Source of the DNA: Tubiluchus corallicola
Lineage: Eukaryota; Animalia; Priapulida
Assembly: GCA_030141605.1 (NCBI GenBank)
Contig: JAQGDQ010000001.1
Location: 1,736,001 to 1,800,000, forward strand
Direction: 5' to 3'
Length of the DNA stretch: 64,000 bases
This document shows positions 33,202 to 46,660 of this stretch, piece by piece. Made by a program: the position numbers and the translations under genes. Within the stretch, counting starts at the first letter, position 1. The number at the start of each line of letters is the position of its first letter. Under the pieces are notes generated by a model. It made no database searches and was not told where the DNA came from. It saw only the letters and a program-made list of their open reading frames with translations.

Positions 33202-35069
33202 CGAATTTTAAAATTAAGTAGCTGGTAGCCATAGTGTGGAAATGCAAATAAACTGTTGCTAAAAAGTATGATAACAAGACATCCTAGTAGGCTATAATCA
33301 TGTTTTGGAGAATAACTTGTACTAACCATCAATAAGCGGTTACCTAAGAACAGGAACATACATGTTTTTATACAGTGAGTCATCACTTTGAAATGTCTCA
33401 CTTAATGACAATAATTACTTTTAATGTCAATATTTTTTGCTACCAATTTTCTCATTTTATAATTTTGTTGTTACTTGCATATTATTAAAAGGAATTTTTT
33501 GAGGTTGCTTAAAGTATTAAAACCTTTGTTTTTTGTATTCCATGATGTGATACATTGTATAATTATGTAGCAATGTTCTAATGCAGTTTAAGGATGTTAA
33601 AAGTAAATTACTATGCAGTATTATTTTTCATACTTTGCAACATATTTTGATCACTTCTTGCATCAGAAACTGTTTGCTTTTAACTTCTATTGTTTTATCT
33701 ACTAAAATAACAATGAATATCAACATTTTTATTAGTAACGTTATAAATTTAATATTTAATCAAGAAATTACTGAAACTATCACCACATACATACAGTGCA
33801 CTCCTGCTGTTTATATTTCACTATAGATCACTCTGTTTATCTAAAAAAGTTAAACAAAAATGATTGTATAAATAGCAAAAAGTTTCATCTGCTGTTATTG
33901 ACAATTGATACTGTGATACGGCATGATACTGTGTCCCTTGGCAAAAACACTGTCAAACTTTGATAATGCAGTTTAACACTAACAGCTGTGTTGGTTTATG
34001 CCATAAGCTTAAAATTGTATAATGGTGGACACTGGACATTCCGCTATATTGGACCCGATTTCCATACAACTGCCTGGATTAACAAAAGTTCACTATAACT
34101 GGTATTTGTTTGCACCATACTAATCTTCATTGAGCATTATTAATAATGAAAGACTTTGCTGAATATAACACACCTTCGAGCTTCTTTCCAAAACGCTACA
34201 ATCATGCAGCAAGAATGTCTTAGATGCAGAAGCACAACGTTTAGAAGTCACTCATCTAAGTTAATTCACCCAACAATCCAATCCAATCTACATTTAGCTA
34301 GTGTGAGACATAATGTTACAACTAAATTAACCCCCGTAAGAAGTTACACTGTTAGTCAGGATTTCATTAAAATTACGAAAAGCCCTCAGTAAATGAAACA
34401 TATAAACTAAAGTGCTATTAGCAGTGTGCATACTAGATGACATTTAACCTATTTGTATCTGCATGGCTGTATGCACTCTGAATCACACAAGTCAAACAAA
34501 ATTCAAAACTGTAAGTTGAAAATTACAATAGTGTTCAACATTGAAAAATAAAAAAGGCCAACAGTATTTGTGCATATACTTGTTTGAAAAGCAATACCTA
34601 ATCTTATTGGTGTGTTGTGAAAATACTACAAACAGGGCAGTAAAAGTGTCACATTCACAAAACAGGATGATAGCTGCTTATCTGTCTAACAATGTAGAAT
34701 ATGAATAATGATGTAGTTCTTAATACTGATAAGGTGTTATTAATTAAGTAATTGCTGTAGGTATATAGTACTTTATTATATTCTTGCAGTAATTATTGGA
34801 TGCAAACTGAGGAATTACTTCTATGACTGTTGTCATCTGATTCCACCCAGTTTGTGCTGACACAGTATTCTGCAGGCTGAAGGCCTCTGGTTCAAGTCTT
34901 GTGTGAAGAACAATTTCAGTACTATTTTATACCAAGCATCAGCAGAGTAACTCCTCAAGTTGGAACAGTTATAATAAAGAGGTAGTCTTGTTTCATAGCA
35001 GACTCCCTCTTTTTTCAGTCATGGAAGACGTGGAAAATGCGCGAATATAATGGTATGGGTTAACGATTA

Positions 35070-38000
35070 CTAGGAATTTTTGTCTTCAATTTCAGCAGTT
35101 GATTCTTCGCTAACACCAGAAGATGATGATTCACGTGCTTCCAATGCTTCATAGTCATGTTCGCTGGCAGATCGAATGTCCCGTTGTAAAACACACAAAG
35201 TCATTAAGAAAAGTGCAGATGAGAGAACGTATAAACCAGGATATAGTACACAAAGGGCACCTGTAACATTATAACGTGAAACACTGTAGTGTAATAGTAA
35301 TATTAGATAGCAAATTTTGCTCTTTCGAAGCTGTACAATTGAGCAAGGCTTATAGTCAAGGTTGTCATCATATTTGTGATACTGAGGCTGGTCAGGAAGC
35401 AGGTAAGTGACCACTATGTTCAGTGAGCGCTTTGGGCGCTTTCGTCAACAATACCAAATTCAGTTGTTTATATAGGAGGGAGGACATGTTGATATAAGAC
35501 ATGCCTGTCAGCTCACTGTTTCATTTCAGAGGATTTTCTCGATGTCAGAGGGGTAGGAAGGTGGAGGCGAGAGGGGGCAATCGCTCCTGGATGCAAAGGT
35601 GAGAGGGCACAAAATTCTTCTAGAGTTCGATGACTGTTAATTATTAATTACTAATCCAACATTAACATAAAATAATTAAAAAAAGTTTTCAAACTGCAAC
35701 TAAATTGCCTAGTCAGAGATCATTGTAGCTGACTTAATTACTACATACAGACTAGAAAAATGGTTAATCTGGTTACTTAACGGCATGTCTAGTGTGTCGT
35801 GTGGCTTAGCAGATTAATAATTTTGAGAGAAACAGTGGCATTTTGTTCTGTATCTTTCATGAGCTTTGCATGTTTTAACGCTGGAGCTGTATGTTTAAGG
35901 ACTGTCAAGTTAGGTGCAACTAATATATAGAAAAGAGTTATTCTAGTGCATTACTGCAAACCAAACGCCGAGTAATTCTTAGAAAAAATTAGTTTATCTT
36001 TATCCTATCATCTCAAAAAAGGAAAGTCGAGTTCAGGGATACAAAAATGCACACAACTTGCAGCTTCACTCACAAAGCAAATGATCAAAACATTAAAAGG
36101 GTAGGGTGCCAGATGTTTTTTGCCCCCGGGTGCCACAAACACTACGCCACTGCTTGATGTAATGAGTAGAAGTTTTACTTTCATGACTACAATCGCGTAA
36201 TTACAGCTGGAAAAAATTATAAGTTACTTAGTGTGTGTAAAAGCACTAGTACAAATGCAACATAATTCACCCATTTCATAAGAGATCGACATAAAAGCTT
36301 ACATCATCACATTAAGAGTTTGCTCTTTAATTGATCGGGCAGTTTAGAGCTAGTAGCTAGCATAAACAACACATTCTATGCCGTTTTTTTCTAAAACTAG
36401 CGCTGAATTAATGTACATATTATGCACATAGTACAGTTTATCATTATAATAAAGTTAGCTGATTTGTTGTAATGACACTTATTGTTTTGGAGATGCACTA
36501 GTTATTGTTGAAATAAAACTAAATTTGCAATGTTTTCTACTTTGTTTATTTTATAAATAAACACGTTAACACTAAAGTGGAAAACCAGAAAGTGCAGAGT
36601 CAAATGACTGGCTTTAATTTTTGTATCCCTACATATGTTAAATTTAGTAGTGAAATTAAAAAAATAATAATATTTTGAGAATTAGTTAAAATAGTGCATC
36701 ATTCAAAATTTAATAAAAAAAATGAATCTGTCAAGCCCAAGTGTCCAATGCCAAAATGTCTCGTGCCCAAGTGTCAATGTCCAAATCTCCAGTGCCCAAA
36801 TGACCGTGGACAAATGTCATGTACCCACGTGGTACACACACAGTAGCCACAGTTCATAAATAAATCCTATACATTAAAGTCATTACTTACCTCTTAAACT
36901 ATTTGTGGAATCATAACCAGCATTTTTGAAAGCAGTCTGTAATGGAGGTACCAAAAGAGGCATGTTGCCACCAATATTGCTGATAATAAACATATACAGT
37001 GCAACAGCTGACGTGCGAACTGAAGCAGCCATAAGTTCCACTAGCACTGCCAAAGTTACTCCAACCCACATTTCACCTACAGGCAAAATATTTTGGCAAT
37101 TTAAAAAAATTGCAACAGATGTTCTGAGTTTTTTACGGACACTGCCTTCAAAGGATATTATTTAAACATTTACGACACTGTGTTTGCTGATTCTTCACTC
37201 AGCAAACTTCGCCAGTGTAGTATTGTTTCACATGAGCATAGAAACCAGTCGCTGCTACCAGTGGATATTAATAAGTGCTGTCTTGGGGAAATTAGCATAG
37301 TTAAACAGATTTATGTTAAATTTGCTAGCATTGAAATGCTGCTTTTTTAAGTAAATGATTCTCTTTTTACACAATTAATTATTAAACATCATATTCAGCT
37401 GCTTAGTACTAGAGAAAAGGCATTATAATGTAAAACAATCTGCCAAATTTATCTGTTATATTGCAAAATTATAAATTAATATTCAGAATAGTAAATCACT
37501 GTTTTAGCACATTTTTGCTTGCCTTAAGCACATTAAGCTCCACAATAGTTATATCTGGTAAGTATCATGTGAAACGCAAAGCAATTTATTCAAATATTTC
37601 CCCACACTTATCCACACTTCCAGCATATTAGCTGCTCAGCTCCGATCCAGATGCACAAAATTTAAATGCAACAGAAAAGTTAGCAAACTGCTTTTGCCAA
37701 CAGGACGAAAAAGCATGGATATAAGAAAAGAAACTGTAATTTCTTTGCCAGGAGGTTAACTATCCAAATGAAATTGTTTATTAGTGTTTGTAGAAATTAA
37801 AAGTAAAAATTTTGTGCTAAAAATCACTACTTTAAAAACAAATCAAGTTTTGTAACCAACTATTCGACTACTAACTCAGGGGTGTGCAAACTGCGGCCCC
37901 CCGAGAGATCTTGTGCGGCCCGCGAAGAGGTTTGTCAATGTAATGAAAGTGCGATCCAGTTGAAGTCTGCACCAATGTCGCAAAGATAGTGCGGGTAGTT

Positions 38001-41000
38001 TTTTCCTAGATCGGATGGCATTAACCCTTACAAGACCGTTGTCACTTAATGCTTGAGTGTAGTAGTGCAGTAATAATGATGTGACAGATCAGATGCAGAA
38101 AAATCGTTATTGAGTCCTACTGTACTGGGCTCCTTGACCAAACTGCATGCGGCCCTCACGAATTGTGGGAAAGTTTAATGTGGCCCGGCTAGTCAGATAA
38201 TTTGCACACCCCCGTACTAACTGCTTTCGTCTTTTGGTAGCGCCATACAATGATGCACTTATAACTGCATAGTGCATTCTGAAGAGTACTTCTGCTGTGG
38301 GGCATTGCTGAGTACAGTTGCGTCCAATTCTGGAACCGTACATTATAGGAGTTGACTCTTTTATCGCATGGTGCAGACATTTCAGGAGGTTAGAGTGGTA
38401 TAAATTACTTTGTTCAGTAAGAGGATCCATATGGCAAAATCTGGATTTCCAAGTGGGCCCATCCACCCTTGAAAAAGTGCTTCCTGTGATGAAGTCAACA
38501 CTGAATAATCGCACAATGAGAAAATTGCATGGCGAACTTGAGAAAGCAGTCAGTGCAGTAGTAAAACTGTATAATTACTCATTTAATTATTTTGCAAAGT
38601 CAATGGAAATATTGTTTCAGAACATGTTCCCTAAACTTTTGCTAAAAAGCAAAGATGAGACTGGGCTTTTAATTTAACTTCGATGCAGTTGATTTGTTGA
38701 AGAACAGTATTTTAAGATTTTAAATCACGGTTGCTAAGAGAAACACAGAACTGCAATTAGTGTAACAGTTTAATACCTTTAACGATAAAAAGACAAAACT
38801 GCTTTAGAACTGAAATTTAAGTTTCTTTTTATAATTCCATTTTTAAATTCTCAGTTATTTTTGCATTCAGTCTCAATATTGCCAGTTAAGCAAAATTATG
38901 CAGCCAAGGAGTACAAACAACAAATGCAATAAGCTTACCAAATATATATCCCGGAATGAGGCTAAGATAACACCAAGGTGGAGGCAAAAATATTGCACCA
39001 GCTCCAAATGGTGCAGAAGCCAACTAAAACATAAAATTTCATCAAATTACATAATATATTAAAATCATAAACTTACTGAAAAACTCATGGAATTACAAAA
39101 TCACAAACTGCATAAAGTACAGAAAAACAAAACAGCACAAAAATATTTCTTTAAGGTAAAACTACTGAATGGCTGCTTAGTGTATATATTGTACCAAAGA
39201 GATCTGTCTGTAACTGTCAACTATCGTGGCATTTCGCATTCAAAACTACACCAAACTTTAAGCACTTACACGACTAATTTCCTCTCTAAGTCACTCGTAA
39301 TACTTTCGAGTTGTTGACCAAACGTACCTGACTCACTACAAGCACCCATATGCGCTTGAATGCTGGTTGATTTTTTACTATCCGATCAGATATAAAGCCA
39401 CCTAAGACAACACCGATGCTGCCACCAACAAGAGGAATCCAGGACATGTATGTTGCTATGTCAACAGGTGACTGTCCTATGCTCATATAATATGGCTGAG
39501 TATTGTATGCCCACACATAGCCAGCTACAATGGAGATAGCCAATTAATCCAGGCAATTTCTTCGGCTTGAAATTTGCTAATTAGTTTATATTAGATTTCT
39601 TATATTATACAGAACAGGTAGCAAGGACTGAAAAGGCACACCAACAAAAAATAAAACTTTCATTCAATTTCCAATTAATTAAATTTGGAATATCAGTTGT
39701 GCACTGATATTCCAAATTTAATTAATTGGAAATTGAATGAAAGTTTTATATAAAAAGTATAGTGACTGAATTAGTAATAGCAGTTGATTTAATAACTACT
39801 AGTAATAAACATTCTACTATTACTAACTACTAATTAACGATAGTAGTAAAGTAGCTAAAATTTCATTAAATGTTTAAGTTAAATTTTGTGTCTAAATCCT
39901 ACTATGTTTTTTAAAATAACATACTGCATATAAATATCGATTGTTTTAATCTTTTTCTCAAATTACATAATGTACTTACTTTATAAGGTTTCACTACGAA
40001 AATATTTTAGTAATCGTATCATACATATAAACAGGATACATGCAGTCACATTTTCAGTCCATAAACATTTGAACATATGATTAAACATGTACTATGACAT
40101 CAGCAGAGAAAATGCGTACATATCATTATGTAAAGGGGAATGAACTAGGTCTACAATGCTTGCACAAAGATACCCATACATGTACCAAAAATCAATCTGC
40201 ACCTTTAGTCCCCAAGACATTTTAGAAACACTGATAATGGAGACCCACATTTTTAGCTTCAGGGAACAGTTACAGGACATGCTGTTAAACCGCAGCAAAA
40301 GTTGTTGCTATGCAGACAGAAGAAATAAAGTACAGTATTTCCTAATCAAAATGAGTAACAGTGGAACTGTATTTTTGTGCAACATCATGTGTGCAAAATA
40401 AGCGAAAATGCAATTAGCACTAAAAGAAGTTATTTTGCAGTACTTTTGCTAAGTTACTCAAAGCACCACAGTTATTTTCTGTAACATATTTAAAAAAAGA
40501 TGTGAAGCGAAATGTTTTTATTTGTGTGCAAAATTCGAAAGGTATCACAAGTGATAAATGTGAGCATATAAAAGCTAAGGTTATGAAACAGGACCGAAAG
40601 AAGCATGCACTAAATGTGTGCAATGCTTACCAGATTCGCAAAGTGAAGCAGACACTGAAATCATAATTAGCGAGAGCAAACAAGAGCATCTACTGACTTC
40701 ACGTGTATGCCCATCTGGAATAATAGTTGTCGATATAGTTTTCGGAAATTGGATTGTAATTGTGAGAATATTCAATTAATGAAACACTTACAGAATAGAG
40801 AGAGAAGTTGCAATCAATTTTTAGTAGTTGTTGCACAAGCAGTTGTTGGTGCATAACGTAATTAGTTGAAACGTTGACTAAATGTGCATATACTGCTAAT
40901 GATTGAACCCACTTAAGTCACTTAGTACCAGAGATAGTGTAATAGCTATGTGCTTATGTCTAACAAGTGATTTTGCATACCATTAACAAGACATTTTTGA

Positions 41001-44000
41001 AAAGGAAGTTTTAGAAAATCATTTAAACATCAATTAAAAGGGCACATTTAACGAATGATTTAGAATAATATTTCCAGCATAACAACTACTCTAACAACTA
41101 TGATATCAGCAACCAAATTAAGATAGTTTAGAAATACATTTTACTAAGAAATATTTCAAAGAACATTTAAGACATGTAATATATAAAGTAATTTCCATAT
41201 CTTTAATTGATGCCTAACTAACTCTGAATGCCTAACTAACTTTTTTATTAAATTTTGCTTTGTAGTTAAAAGTTAATTTACAATTTTATAATGTTTTGCT
41301 CTCAGGGAAATACTACCACATAAGCTTTATTCAAAAGTGTAAAAAGTTAATAGTGCCAAACAGTTTCTAAAAAGACATGAAAAATAAGCTAACAAACGAA
41401 TTGTGCATGCTTGAAAAAATCAGAATTTTTCCATATATTCAATTACCTGCATTTCGAATAGATCCAGCTAAACACAGCAATGCTGGGGAGGGTCGCAAAA
41501 ACTGTTTACACATATGGCCAAGTTTTGAACAGAGCTCACCCTGATCAGTTAGGATACTACGAGTAGTTGAGACACCAGTTTGCACACGTTCTGGCTCCCT
41601 GATAGTTAAAAAGATTAACACCCCAAGAAGTAAGCCTGGCATTCCTGCAATGTAGTAGAACCATCTCCAACCCTACAAATAATATTAAATGTCAGTTTAT
41701 AGAGAGAAGACAATTCTTTAACTTTAGTTATTATTAGTCTATTATGCGATTTAAGATGAATTTTAAATCACGACTTAAATGTCTAACCAAGTTTAGTTAT
41801 TTACATTAACATCTTCTAAGTGAATAGATCTTTACAAATCACAATTACTCTTAGTCATATTGATCCATATCAGACTGTATGCGACTAAGTTCGCATTGAC
41901 ATCAATCACATTACTTTGCTGAGTCACCTACTAACTTATTAATGTGCTCAAAGTATCGCTTACTAGGTTTTTATGTAACAAGTAGCATGTGCTGTAAAAA
42001 TTAAGGAAAGAGGGTTTACAACAAGGTAACTGTTAGAGTGCATTTTCATACTTGACCCATAATGTCCGCATTCGTGATTAAGTTGCCAAGCGCATACGCT
42101 AAACTGTATCCCATGTAAATACCCCAGTTGTAGACACCTAGTGCTGATGCCCTCAGTACAGCTGGGAAATAATCAGTTAGCAGACTAGAAGCAAACGGTG
42201 TGCAACCTGCCTCCCTGAAAAACATTTGACAATTTTTTTAATTAAGAATTTTTGCACTGCAGAAAACTTATTTACCATACAGCTTAATCAGACACAAATT
42301 TACATTCAAATCTTATTACGAGTGTTAAAGGGTTATAATGAATGTTATCGTTTTACAAAATTTAGTGAATAAGATTGACAACTTTACCAACATTTCTGAT
42401 ATGCACATAACTACCAGTATATATATTTACGTTTTTAATTGTAAAGTTAACATCAGTAACTAAACACAAAGAATTTTAAACTGTAATCTTACCCAAAACC
42501 CAACCCAAATCGCAGTAGAACAAGCTGCCAGTATTCAGTTGTAAAACCCATTAGCAAAGTCATCAATGAAAAGAAAAAAACACTAACTGCTAGTAAGGTT
42601 TTCCTGAAACAGTGAAAGTTTTGCACAAATTACAGTAAACTTTATATAATGTTCTGCTTACAATTTGAAAGCAATGTATACCAGAAAGTCAACATAAAAA
42701 TGCCAGTCGTTTATGCAGTTTACGCTAGCAAGTCTAGTCATGACCAATAACAGACAAGTCCAAGATCAGTAGATGCCGTATAAACAACTTTCTTGTTCAA
42801 TGTTCTAGCCTGCTGTCTAATAAAGCCTATAATTCAGCAAATTGACTAATGACCATGCTTAGCGACTGCATAGAGCATTTGGCAGCAAGAAATAGAATGT
42901 ACAAATTTTCACATAGTAACAACTCAACCCATGGTCACGTGATAACACACTGTTTGATTTATAAAATGCCATTGTTGTATAATTATGTAACAGCAATATT
43001 AAGATGGCTATTAAGATTGATATAATACATGTTGAAAATTTACAACAAAAGCATAAAATATATAATTATGTAATCACAATATTAAGTGGGCTATTAAGAT
43101 TGATATAATACATGTTGTAAATTTACAACAAAGCATAAAATATATAGTAAGGTAATATTGCAAAATTAGAATAACATTTTAACATTTGCCACCGAAAAGG
43201 GCAAACGTTTCCCTAACCCATAGTTTATGTGTAAAAAGATAGTTGTAATCTAAACAAAATTCATGAAACAATAACCACAACAACAAAAACTGTAAACAAA
43301 AACACAGCATAGAATGAGCATACAATTCATGGTACAAAAACATTAGTTTTATTTTCTCTTGATTACATTATACATATAATGTGCTTTTGAAAAAAGATTT
43401 AGCTTTGTACAACATTGGACAAACTGCTTCTTCCTTTATAAGGAGAAAAGGAATAAACAAATGAATGAGTAATAATGAAATGAAAATTATAATGAAAATT
43501 TAAACAAAGTTTTATTACTTTCTGTTTTGTTTTAATGTATTGGTGTTACTTTCTAATGCTCTACAAACATGTAGTTGCATGCAGATGCCAGTCAATGGGG
43601 CTGATAGCTATAGCCACTGATCGCCAATTACCTTGGTGCACCAGTTTAAGAATGTGTATTAGAAATAATAAAAATTATGAGTCAAAGTGTGTGCAGTTTC
43701 AGTTCTGATTGTCAAAACCTGTTAAAAGTTATATGATGTTGAGAAAAAATATTGTAACACTGCCAATGTGCTGACAGTCATATAAAATGCCACACGAAAG
43801 AATAAAAATGTTTAGTTGGAAAATAATGGCTTTTAATAATAAGCAAGAAAAAAATCATTACGATTCTAACTTTTAAACTGTGTTAGAGCACAATAAATAT
43901 TTATGTCTACCTGTTTGACAAATCAGCTGCAATTCCTAATGGTATCGCCGCAAATGTGTAAATTAATATAAAAACAGGACCAGCAATAATTTGATATTGC

Positions 44001-45394
44001 AGGCCTTGCCCATTATAATCCCATTTGCAAATATGAGTGCCATTTTCATCTGTTAAGTTGGCACACCTAAAAATAAGAATAATTTGTCATAATGTACAAA
44101 GCCCAGTTTATACAAAAATTATATAACAGTGCAGTGTAATGGCCTAAAGCTATTTGAGATATGTATTTGCCGTACCAAACAGAAAACAAATTGGCAGGAA
44201 AATGCACCAATATGCTATTTTCCCAGAAAATGGTAAAACGTTGTCATTATCTGTAAATAGATTCTTGAAAACTGTTAATGTGCTGTTTGAATTGCCACTT
44301 TGAACAAAGTATCCATTGTGAATACACATAGGTCACAGACTAATATTGCAGAAACTAACACAAAGCTTCTGGTTTATAAACTTGCTCACACATTTTCAGT
44401 TGATGCGTTTTTACACAAGCTCGCAAAAGATGAATTGGTTCCTGCTGTACTATTTACCATGCACACCTGGTCACCGTAATGCAAATCCTAAAAACAGCAA
44501 GTTTTAAAACATTATAGACTGCATAGTCCAAGCTTAGAGAATAACTGGCTAATATCCACAAAATGATAGCCCAACAGGGTCTATATTATTATGCAGTATT
44601 AAGTGGATAAAATTGCAATGTGTTGCATGTAAATGAAGGTTAATATTTGCTTTCAATGCTTTTTATCAGCCAGATCATTTGTACTTACACTGTTAGAAGA
44701 ACCAAGTTTTATTAACTGCTCACAGTGAGTATAGGTGACTAGTACAAAATGAAAGATGATGATTATCCTCAGCATGCATTGCCACATAGCCAGCGTGTTG
44801 TTCTTGCTGAAGTCTTGAATTAGCACAATGATGCACAAGGAAATACTTTCAGGAAGAAACCGTTACTATAAATTGAGTGATGTTTCATTGAGGCAAACAA
44901 TATCCTGATTGATGCTTGCTTTTGAACATATCTACATACATTAATAATATTTTTTGTGAAAGCCACGACATAATTTAACAATGATCCAGTTAATAAGGTA
45001 CTTTCCTAGCAGGCATTAGTGTCGTTAATCGAGGAATTACTGCACATAATAATATTTATTAAGCTTATTCAGTTTATTGTGTTTAGTTAAGCTGAAGAAA
45101 TTTTTATGACAATCTTTCTACAATTAACAAGGTTTAGACCGTATCCTACACATGCATGTATGCACACAAAATAGTAATATATGTTATGATGAGCAAGTTA
45201 TGCAATTATACATATTAAACAAAATAATATTTGATAAATTCACTTACTTTGGCCATTTGCATTGTTACTATTGGAAGGGTATATCTGTCTAACTGATTTA
45301 GAAGATATGCAATTAGCAGAACGATCAGCACATAAATGCTATAAAGACCAGCATGGTAAAGTCCGGTTATGCCCGATTTCACTTTCTCTGCCAT
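35070..45394 (-). CDS. Major facilitator superfamily transporter, spinster-related, 10 coding exons, about 519 aa
   Basis: Exons 45394-45248, 44487-44390, 44066-43911, 42603-42493, 42214-42052, 41672-41447, 39524-39328, 39023-38939, 37076-36891, 35260-35070 join in frame (1560 nt). Motifs YLLNQLDRY (TM1), CKWDYNGQGLQYQIIAGPVF, LGIAADLSNRK (MFS motif A), LRFGLGFGEAGCTP, GWRWFYYIAG and LGGFISDR. Confidence 0.92.
35546..36152. mobile_element. hAT-type MITE (about 607 bp) in the last MFS intron
   Basis: Termini CAGAGGGGTAG / CTACGCCACTG, subterminal gggggcaa / ttgccccc, and 8-bp flanks ctcgatgt (35538-35545) and cttgatgt (36153-36160) matching 7/8. Confidence 0.7.
36570..36826 (+). repeat. Dispersed repeat with about 15-bp periodic subrepeats (copy at about 55661-56070)
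   Basis: actaaagtggaaaaccagaaagtg...ctttaatttttgtatccc...aaaatgtctcgtgcccaagtgtc aligns with 55661-56070. Related gcc(c)aa(a/g)tgtc units also occur at about 48475-48527. Confidence 0.75.
37877..38214. mobile_element. hAT/Charlie-like MITE (338 bp) with perfect target-site duplication
   Basis: Termini CAGGGGTGTGCAAA / TTTGCACACCCCCG, internal GCGGCCC motifs, and identical 8-bp flanks TACTAACT at 37869-37876 and 38215-38222. Confidence 0.9.
39651..39749. repeat. Perfect inverted repeat: 47-bp arms, 5-nt spacer
   Basis: 39651-39697 (ataaaactttcattcaatttccaattaattaaatttggaatatcagt) is the exact reverse complement of 39703-39749; the spacer is tgtgc. Confidence 0.95.
42979..43145. repeat. Tandem duplication of about 83 bp (2 copies)
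   Basis: ataattatgtaa...caatattaag...ggctattaagattgatataatacatgttg...aatttacaacaaagcataaaatatat occurs twice with few differences. Confidence 0.9.
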
Positions 45395-46029
45395 TTTCAA
45401 ACCCGGCAAATAAGGTCACCAATCAGTTAGATCTAACCTAAATATATAAATAAAATAATTTATTTGTTTCAAAAATTATTGGATGTAAGTACTGTTTATA
45501 GTTTTCCCCTTTAAGTTCACATATTATGTATTATATCTATTTACTGTGATTACAATATTAAATTATTCTCTGCCTTAAGCTACTAAAGCCTGACCACTTT
45601 TGCAAAAACTATTTGGCAGTCCAAACATGCAAACCAGAAAAGTTCATAAATTATGCAGGAGAATCTTTAAGCAGCTGTGAGCAACATATAACCTCACTTG
45701 TGGTATATTAAACAATGTAGGTAACTTGTTGGCATCACTTCTAAAAAAGAATGAACATTACAAAATTTAAAAATAAGTAAAACAAAAAGCTTAATTTTGA
45801 TACAAAATACATGCATACAGTGGTTTCACAAAAGTTTCTCCCACTTTTGGGAGGCACTTATCTCTAATTCTGTCTGGTAACTCTGGATCCGATTTCTTTA
45901 TCTAAAAGTCAATTTCAACAAATTTCTTACTGTCAGGTTTTTATTATTTCTGACACTCAGTTCCTTTCATTCATCTGTATTTTCATTGTACAAATCGTTA
46001 ATTACGAAGTTACTTGCACACATTTTTTC

Positions 46030-46330
46030 GTTAAATTTTTCACACCTGTAAATGTGTTGCAAGCCTAGTGTCATCACTTTTCCACATAATGGCCAACTGA
46101 CATCTCGTTTAAACTTATTTTGATAAATTGCTTTAATTCTGATCATATATAATATTCATTCTGTAATTTCTTTAACTGTAAATTTACATCACAACATACT
46201 TCATTGGTTTCTCTCACATTGCTGTTCCTATTACTTATAAATCGTAATTTTGTTTTACTTCCAACTTTTAACACACTTTCATTTATTTTCTAAATACTAA
46301 TTTATCGCACATTTAACTTCTTTTTTACCG
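46030..46330 (-). mobile_element. Highly decayed LINE C-terminal (zinc-finger) remnant
   Basis: Minus-strand translation includes IKAIYQNKFKRDVSWPLCGKSDDT, resembling the ...CPLCG...DTxEH C-terminus of non-LTR ORF2; many stops. Confidence 0.45.
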
Positions 46331-46379
46331 TACAAGGTCTGTTCACTTATATCTAATTCATACACAGATGATCATCATC

Positions 46380-46660
46380 ATCTGTTGCAGACATTGATGC
46401 AGCTAACAGCATGAGTTCTTCTGCTCCTACAGCTAGATTTGGTTGAAGTTATTGCATATCTTTATTTATCTTAGCTATCTGAGTTGTTATTGGTTTACCA
46501 GACTGTCCTTTGCAAGGTTTTAAGGCTTCTTCTAAGGTAATTCATACTGGTGTTTCACTTGGTAATCTGAGAAAGTGTCCTAATATTTGAATCTTCAGAG
46601 CTTGACTTCTGAACTCTAGAGAATTTGTTTCATTCTAGTTTATAAATCTTCAGCCATCTT
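46380..46660 (-). mobile_element. Decayed RTE-clade LINE 3' fragment
   Basis: Minus-strand translation GHFLRLPSETPV*ITLEEALKPCKGQSGKPITTQIAKINKDMQ resembles the GH..R...RPRGRPKTTW...KD C-terminal signature of RTE elements. Confidence 0.6.

Noticed and set aside
33929-33955. gtgtcccttggcaaaaacact resembling a conserved SINE core motif
   Set aside because: Too short, and no recognisable pol III A/B boxes nearby.
38107-38677. Overlapping 119-135 aa ORFs on both strands in an MFS intron
   Set aside because: They partly overlap a MITE and show no recognisable motifs or convincing splice signals.
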